Position numbers and translations under genes: made by a program
The notes under the pieces: generated by a model
The model's input: the letters and a program-made list of their open reading frames with translations, nothing else
Told to the model about the DNA's origin: nothing
Databases searched by the model: none
DNA from: Longimicrobiales bacterium
GTDB lineage: Bacteria > Gemmatimonadota > Gemmatimonadetes > Longimicrobiales > Gaopeijiaceae
Assembly: GCA_965226375.1 (NCBI GenBank)
Contig: CBDDCX010000008.1
Coordinates: 768,001-832,000 of the forward strand
Direction: 5' to 3'
DNA: 64,000 nucleotides
Shown here: positions 59,242 through 64,000 of the stretch, piece by piece
Layout of the letters: each line of letters begins with the position of its first letter
Numbering within the stretch: the stretch's first letter is position 1

Positions 59242-60522
59242 GTGAGCCGTCTCGTGTCCGGACACATTTCGAGCATGGTGCTTCTGGTGCTGGCTGCCGC
59301 CGCCTTCCCACCGCCGGCGCAGGGTCAGGTAGCCGCGCTGCCGGAAGGTGACTCCGTCGGCGCAGTCCCGGGCTCCCATCTCGAAGTGTTCCTCATGACC
59401 ATGGGTCCGGGCGACGTCTTTTGGGAACGGTTCAGCCACAACGCTCTGGTCATCCGGGACGACCAAGCGGGGACCGAGATCGCCTACAACTGGGGCATCT
59501 TCGACTTCAACGAGTCCGACTTCCTGGCACGCCTGGCCCGGGGTCGTATGCGCTACTGGATGGCCGGGTACCGCTCGACCGACATGATCGAGGCGTATCG
59601 GCGCGCCAATCGCAGTGTGTGGATGCAGCGCGTCGCCCTGTCGCCCGCCCAGCGGCTCGAGCTCCAGGCCCATATCCGAGAAACCGACACAGAGGCCAAC
59701 CGCTACTACCAATACGATTACTACCGTGACAACTGCTCCACGCGCATTCGAGATGCACTCGACCTGGTGCTGGACGGCCAGATTCGGGCGGCGACCGAGA
59801 ACCGCGAGACGGACGCCACGTACCGGTGGCACACGGCTCGGCTGCTGGAGCCCGTTCTGTGGGCCTACACGGGCATCCAGTTCGTAGTGGGCAACCGCGG
59901 GGATGAGCCCATATCGGTATGGGACGAGATGTTCCTGCCGCTCCCCCTGCAACGGCACCTCGGCGAGGTGCGAATCGACACCCCGGAGGGTGGTGAGGTA
60001 CCGCTCCTGGGGCCCGCCGTACAGGTCGTGGACGCTCAGCGAGAGCCGATCTCGAGCCGAGCTCCCGAGATGTTGGTCGGGTTTCTGAAGATAGGTGCGC
60101 TGCTCGGACTGTTCTTCGCGTTTGCGGGGCGTTTGGCCGGAAGCGGCAAACGGTGGGCTGCATGGATCCTGGCATTGGCCGGAGGCGGGTGGAGCCTGAT
60201 GGTGGGGTTGCTGGGTTCGGCGCTCATGCTCTCCTGGGTCTTTACGGATCACGTATTCTGGGGGCTGAACGAGAACGCTTTCCAGGCCAACCCGGTGTCA
60301 CTGGTGTTGGCCGGTCTGCTACTCGGCGCCGCCGCAGGGAGGGGCCTCAAGTGGACGGGGCGTGTGGCCGCGACGGTGGCCGCATTGGCGGTGGCCGGGC
60401 TCGTCCTGCAGATCCTCCCCGGTCTGGATCAGGTCAACGGGGAGATTTTGGCTCTGACGGTGCCCGCCCACCTCGGGCTGGCGTGGGGGGCTCTCAGAGC
60501 GTGGCCACCGGCGCAGGGGTGA
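59242..60522 (+). CDS. DUF4105 / Lnb-type lipoprotein N-acyltransferase-like membrane protein
   Basis: TMGPG, FSHNAL, YNWGIFDF, YDYYRDNCSTRIRD, MFLP, C-terminal TM helices; start uncertain (59188-59275). Confidence 0.75.
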   Translation: MSRLVSGHISSMVLLVLAAAAFPPPAQGQVAALPEGDSVGAVPGSHLEVFLMTMGPGDVFWERFSHNALVIRDDQAGTEIAYNWGIFDFNESDFLARLARGRMRYWMAGYRSTDMIEAYRRANRSVWMQRVALSPAQRLELQAHIRETDTEANRYYQYDYYRDNCSTRIRDALDLVLDGQIRAATENRETDATYRWHTARLLEPVLWAYTGIQFVVGNRGDEPISVWDEMFLPLPLQRHLGEVRIDTPEGGEVPLLGPAVQVVDAQREPISSRAPEMLVGFLKIGALLGLFFAFAGRLAGSGKRWAAWILALAGGGWSLMVGLLGSALMLSWVFTDHVFWGLNENAFQANPVSLVLAGLLLGAAAGRGLKWTGRVAATVAALAVAGLVLQILPGLDQVNGEILALTVPAHLGLAWGALRAWPPAQG

Positions 60523-62141
60523 TCCCGAAGCCCGCGGACCTCCTGGTTCTCGCCGTCTCGGCGGTACTCCTCGCCAGCGCCTTTCCACCGTTCCACCTGC
60601 TGATTCCCTCGTTCGTCGGCCTCGTACCTCTGGCGGTCTGGATCGTGGACGGCCGGCGTGACGCAACAGCCGGAAGCGCGGGTGACGCGTCGGGTAACGC
60701 GTCGGGTAACGGGTCGGGTAGCGGGGCGGGCCGAGCGTTTCGGGGAGGCGTCTGGTTCGGTCTCCTGTACTTTGGACTCCTCTTCCACTGGATCGCCCTC
60801 TCTCTCATCTGGTTCACCGGATGGGCGATTCCCGCGTACCTGGCGGTGGTGTCGGCGCTCGCGCTCTGCGCCGGGGGGTTCGCCTGGGCCCTCCACCGTA
60901 TGGTACGGCGGGGTGGAGTTCCGCTGTGGCTTGCCCTTCCGCTGGCCTGGACGGCCCTGGAGTGGATGCGGGCACACGCACCGGGTGGGGTGGCACTTCC
61001 ATGGCTGGGTCTCGGGACTTCGCTGACGGGGTACCCCGAGCTGGTCGGGTCCGCCGAACTGGTGGGCGCTCGCGGGATCACGTTTTGGCTTGCCCTGCTC
61101 AATGGGCTGCTGGCCGAGGCTGTGCTCGCCGCTCGAAGCGAGCAGGCGCAGAGGAGGGTGGGGGGTTGGGCGGTCGCGTTCATCGTCGTTCTCGCCGTGC
61201 CGGCCTGGTGGGGTTACCGGCGTGCGGCCGATCTGCCCGTGCGGGCCGTCGGCCGCGTCGTCGTGGTGCAGCCCAACGTGGCCCAGCCGGTGCGGCTCGA
61301 CCCCGCTGTTACGATCGACAGTACGCTCCAAGCGCTGTCGAGACTCGCTCCCGCTGCCCCCCAGGAGGCTGCTCCCGAACTCGTGATCTGGCCCGAGGCC
61401 ACCATTCTGGGGCCGGTGGAGGAGGATGACGAGCTGCTGCGGCGCGTGGTCGAGGTGGCGGGGCAGTGGGGAGCCCCCGTCCTGTTCGGGGCCATCGGCC
61501 AAGGAAGCGAGGGTGCACACGGGTCGGTGCCGTTCAACTCGGCCTACCTCACGGGGGCGGACGGCGCGCTCACCGACTTCCGATACGACAAGCACCGACT
61601 TGTGCCCCTGGTGGAGCGAGTGCCTTTCGTGCCGGTCTCCTGGGTGGCGAGCAAGCAGGTATTCGGCCAGTACGGAAGGGGTAACGACTGGCCGTTGGGG
61701 CAGACGAGAAGTGGCGCGCGATTCGGCACGCTCATCTGCTTCGAGTCTGCCTTCGCGTCGCACGTCCGACGCTTCCGGCTGGAGGGCGCCGACATCCTGG
61801 TGAACATCACCAACGACGCATGGTTCGGAAGGGAGCCCTGGTACACGAAGACGGCGGCTCTCTGGCAGCATCCGGCGCATCTGGTCATGCGCGCCATCGA
61901 GAACCGGGTGGGAGTAGCCCGTGCGGCAAACACGGGCATCTCGCTCTTCGTGGACCCCCTGGGTCACGTCTATGAGCAGACCCGGCTGTTCCGGTCTGAG
62001 GCTCGCGAAGCCGTCCTCTACACGAGCGACGTCACGACCCTCTACACTCGGACAGGGGACGTGGTCGGCCCGCTGGCGGCGGTGCTCACGCTGGTACTTC
62101 TGGTCGGATCAGGGCGCAATCGCGGGCCGTGGGTCGGCTAA
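60519..62141 (+). CDS. lnt: Apolipoprotein N-acyltransferase
   Basis: TM N-terminus, VVQPN, IWPE, YDKHRLVP, ICFES, ITNDAWFG, RAIEN, RAANTGIS. Confidence 0.95.
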   Translation: MIPKPADLLVLAVSAVLLASAFPPFHLLIPSFVGLVPLAVWIVDGRRDATAGSAGDASGNASGNGSGSGAGRAFRGGVWFGLLYFGLLFHWIALSLIWFTGWAIPAYLAVVSALALCAGGFAWALHRMVRRGGVPLWLALPLAWTALEWMRAHAPGGVALPWLGLGTSLTGYPELVGSAELVGARGITFWLALLNGLLAEAVLAARSEQAQRRVGGWAVAFIVVLAVPAWWGYRRAADLPVRAVGRVVVVQPNVAQPVRLDPAVTIDSTLQALSRLAPAAPQEAAPELVIWPEATILGPVEEDDELLRRVVEVAGQWGAPVLFGAIGQGSEGAHGSVPFNSAYLTGADGALTDFRYDKHRLVPLVERVPFVPVSWVASKQVFGQYGRGNDWPLGQTRSGARFGTLICFESAFASHVRRFRLEGADILVNITNDAWFGREPWYTKTAALWQHPAHLVMRAIENRVGVARAANTGISLFVDPLGHVYEQTRLFRSEAREAVLYTSDVTTLYTRTGDVVGPLAAVLTLVLLVGSGRNRGPWVG

Positions 62142-62166
62142 CCCCAATACCCGATCGCCCGTGCGC

Positions 62167-62195
62167 TTGAACTGACTTGACCACATTTCTATATT
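62167..62195 (+). promoter_or_regulatory. Sigma70 promoter of rpmE-prfA-prmC
   Basis: TTGAAC-N17-TATATT. Confidence 0.65.
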
Positions 62196-62280
62196 TCCCA
62201 GGCTAAAGAGCGGGTGCAGGCTCCCGCGAGGCGTTCTCGCCGCCCCCTGACCGCTTTCTGTTGAATACCGGAGATGGATC

Positions 62281-62487
62281 ATGAAAGAGGGTATCCACCC
62301 TGAGTACGTGCAGGCGAAGGTGACCTGCTCGTGTGGACACACGTTCGAGACCATGGCGACACAAGCCGCCGTGCACACCGACATCTGCTCGGTATGCCAC
62401 CCGTTCTACACGGGCAAGCAGCGTCTGGTGGACACGGCCGGACGGGTCGAGCGGTTCAATAAGAAGTACGAGAAGGCCAGCAAGTAG
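62281..62487 (+). CDS. rpmE: 50S ribosomal protein L31 (zinc-binding type)
   Basis: [31 protein letters not shown]. Confidence 0.98.
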   Translation: MKEGIHPEYVQAKVTCSCGHTFETMATQAAVHTDICSVCHPFYTGKQRLVDTAGRVERFNKKYEKASK

Positions 62488-62511
62488 GACGCAACCAGGT
62501 CCGATTCGCTT

Positions 62512-63612
62512 ATGGGTAACTCCGGAGGAGTCGATGAGCGGCTGCTTGCCCGTCTCCGTGAGGCTCAAGGGCGCATCCGCGATTTGGACCTCGAGCTGGC
62601 CAACCCGGACGTGGTCCAGAACCTGGACCGACTTCGGACACTCGGACAGGAGCGGGCTGAACTCGAGCCGGTGATCCTGGTCGCGGACCGCCTGCTGGGT
62701 CTGCTCGACGAGCATGACGGAGCACAGGAGTTGCTGTCCGAGTCCGACGATCCCGAGATGCGCTCCATGGCGGAGGAGGAGATCAGTTCCCTCGAGGCCC
62801 AGATCGGGACCTTGGAAGGCGAGGCGCGAAAGCTCCTCATTCCGAAGGACCCTATGGATGACCGTGCGGCCGTCGTGGAGATCCGAGCCGGAACGGGGGG
62901 TGACGAGGCGGGGCTCTTCGCGCACGATCTCTTCCGCATGTACAAGAGGGTAGCGGAGCGCGCGGGCTGGAGCATCGAGCTCATGAGCTTCTCCGAGGGC
63001 ATCCCGGGCTCGGTCAAAGAGGTCATCTTCACGGTCCGAGGGCAGGGTGTCTACGGACGGCTCCGGTTCGAATCTGGGGTACACCGCGTGCAGCGCGTTC
63101 CGGAAACCGAGAGCCAGGGCAGAATCCACACCTCGGCGGCTACGGTGGCCGTGCTGCCCGAGGCCGAGGAGGTCGACCTGGAAATCGACCCCAAGGACCT
63201 GCGGATCGACGTCTTTCGCTCTTCCGGTCCCGGAGGCCAGTCCGTGAACACGACGGACTCGGCGGTGCGCATCACACACGTGCCCACAGGGTTGGTCGTG
63301 TCGCAGCAGGATGAGAAGTCGCAGCACAAGAACAAGGCTAAGGCGCTCAAGGTCCTGAGGAGCCGTCTGCTGGATCAGAAGATCGCGGAGCAAGAAGCCG
63401 AGAGATCGCGGGAGCGACGGGCCCAGGTCGGCACGGGGGACCGGTCCGCGAAGATCCGCACGTACAACTTTCCGCAGAGCCGTGTGACCGATCATCGGAT
63501 CAAGCTCACCGTGCACAACCTGGCCCAGGTATTGGACGGTGACTTGAGCGACTTGATCGAAGCATTGCGGCTCGCGGAGCAGGAAGAGCGCCTTCAGGGC
63601 GACGAGGGGTGA
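62512..63612 (+). CDS. prfA: Peptide chain release factor 1
   Basis: GTGGDEA, GVHRVQRVPETE (PxT), GGQ, IRTYNFPQ. Confidence 0.97.
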   Translation: MGNSGGVDERLLARLREAQGRIRDLDLELANPDVVQNLDRLRTLGQERAELEPVILVADRLLGLLDEHDGAQELLSESDDPEMRSMAEEEISSLEAQIGTLEGEARKLLIPKDPMDDRAAVVEIRAGTGGDEAGLFAHDLFRMYKRVAERAGWSIELMSFSEGIPGSVKEVIFTVRGQGVYGRLRFESGVHRVQRVPETESQGRIHTSAATVAVLPEAEEVDLEIDPKDLRIDVFRSSGPGGQSVNTTDSAVRITHVPTGLVVSQQDEKSQHKNKAKALKVLRSRLLDQKIAEQEAERSRERRAQVGTGDRSAKIRTYNFPQSRVTDHRIKLTVHNLAQVLDGDLSDLIEALRLAEQEERLQGDEG

Positions 63613-64000
63613 GCGCCGCCGAGGGAGCCGCCCCCGTCGGGAACAATGCCGGTCCCGACGAGCCGTGGACGATTCTTCGCATGATCTTGTGGAGCGCCGA
63701 CTACCTGGCCGAAAAGGGTGTGCAGAGCAGCCGCCTGGATGCGGAGTGGCTCTTGGCCGATGCGCTGGAGGTCGAACGCCTGCAGCTGTATCTGCAGTAC
63801 GATCGGCCGCTGAGCCCCGAAGAGCGGGCAGCCTTCAAGCCGTTGTTGCGTCGCCGGGCCGGCCGTGAGCCATTGCAGTACATCCTCGGCCGCACGGCCT
63901 TTCGGGAACTGGACCTGATGACCGACACGAGGGTTTTGGTGCCTCGTCCCGAGACCGAGGTCTTGGTCGAGGAGGTTCTCGCTTGGGCGGCCGCCAGGCC
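63609..64000 (+). CDS. prmC: Release factor glutamine methyltransferase PrmC, 3'-truncated by the window edge
   Basis: GTG at 63609; RLDAEWLLA, EPLQYILG, VLVPRPETE; follows prfA. Confidence 0.93.
   Translation, partial: MSAAEGAAPVGNNAGPDEPWTILRMILWSADYLAEKGVQSSRLDAEWLLADALEVERLQLYLQYDRPLSPEERAAFKPLLRRRAGREPLQYILGRTAFRELDLMTDTRVLVPRPETEVLVEEVLAWAAAR

Overview
High-GC bacterial chromosomal segment with almost all genes on the + strand. Gene content and order suggest Gemmatimonadota (inference). Bases 1-10.9 kb are a nucleotide-sugar/surface-polysaccharide cluster (rmlA-like, rmlB, ugd, four further SDR epimerase/decarboxylases, a truncated cysNC). Three toxin-antitoxin pairs are interleaved in it, and it has an out-of-frame epimerase/cysNC junction. 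The rest is core housekeeping and envelope genes: bamD, nadD, secA, radC, rel, uvrB, tsaE-tsaB-rimI, ccsA-hemA, tol-pal, nrdR, tatC, lptD, tatA, a SurA/PpiD-like chaperone, aroQ-efp-accB-accC, ftsK-lolA-rimO-hemL, lnt, rpmE-prfA-prmC. The most unusual signal is non-coding: a family of TA/CTAG-bounded, fully folding intergenic elements (21206-21480, 34557-34854, 42785-42951, fragment 49360-49413; related hairpin 17726-17820). Their terminal stems co-vary between copies, they share a strand-polar module of tandem G.A pairs, and their ends supply upstream stop codons or abut downstream start codons. Also notable are a DUF4105/Lnb-like gene translationally coupled to lnt, an acidified orphan Phd-like antitoxin upstream of radC, and SgmX/TsaP-like pilus-accessory candidates. 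No rRNA, tRNA, CRISPR array or transposase was recognised. All family assignments come from motif recognition by eye, not database searches.
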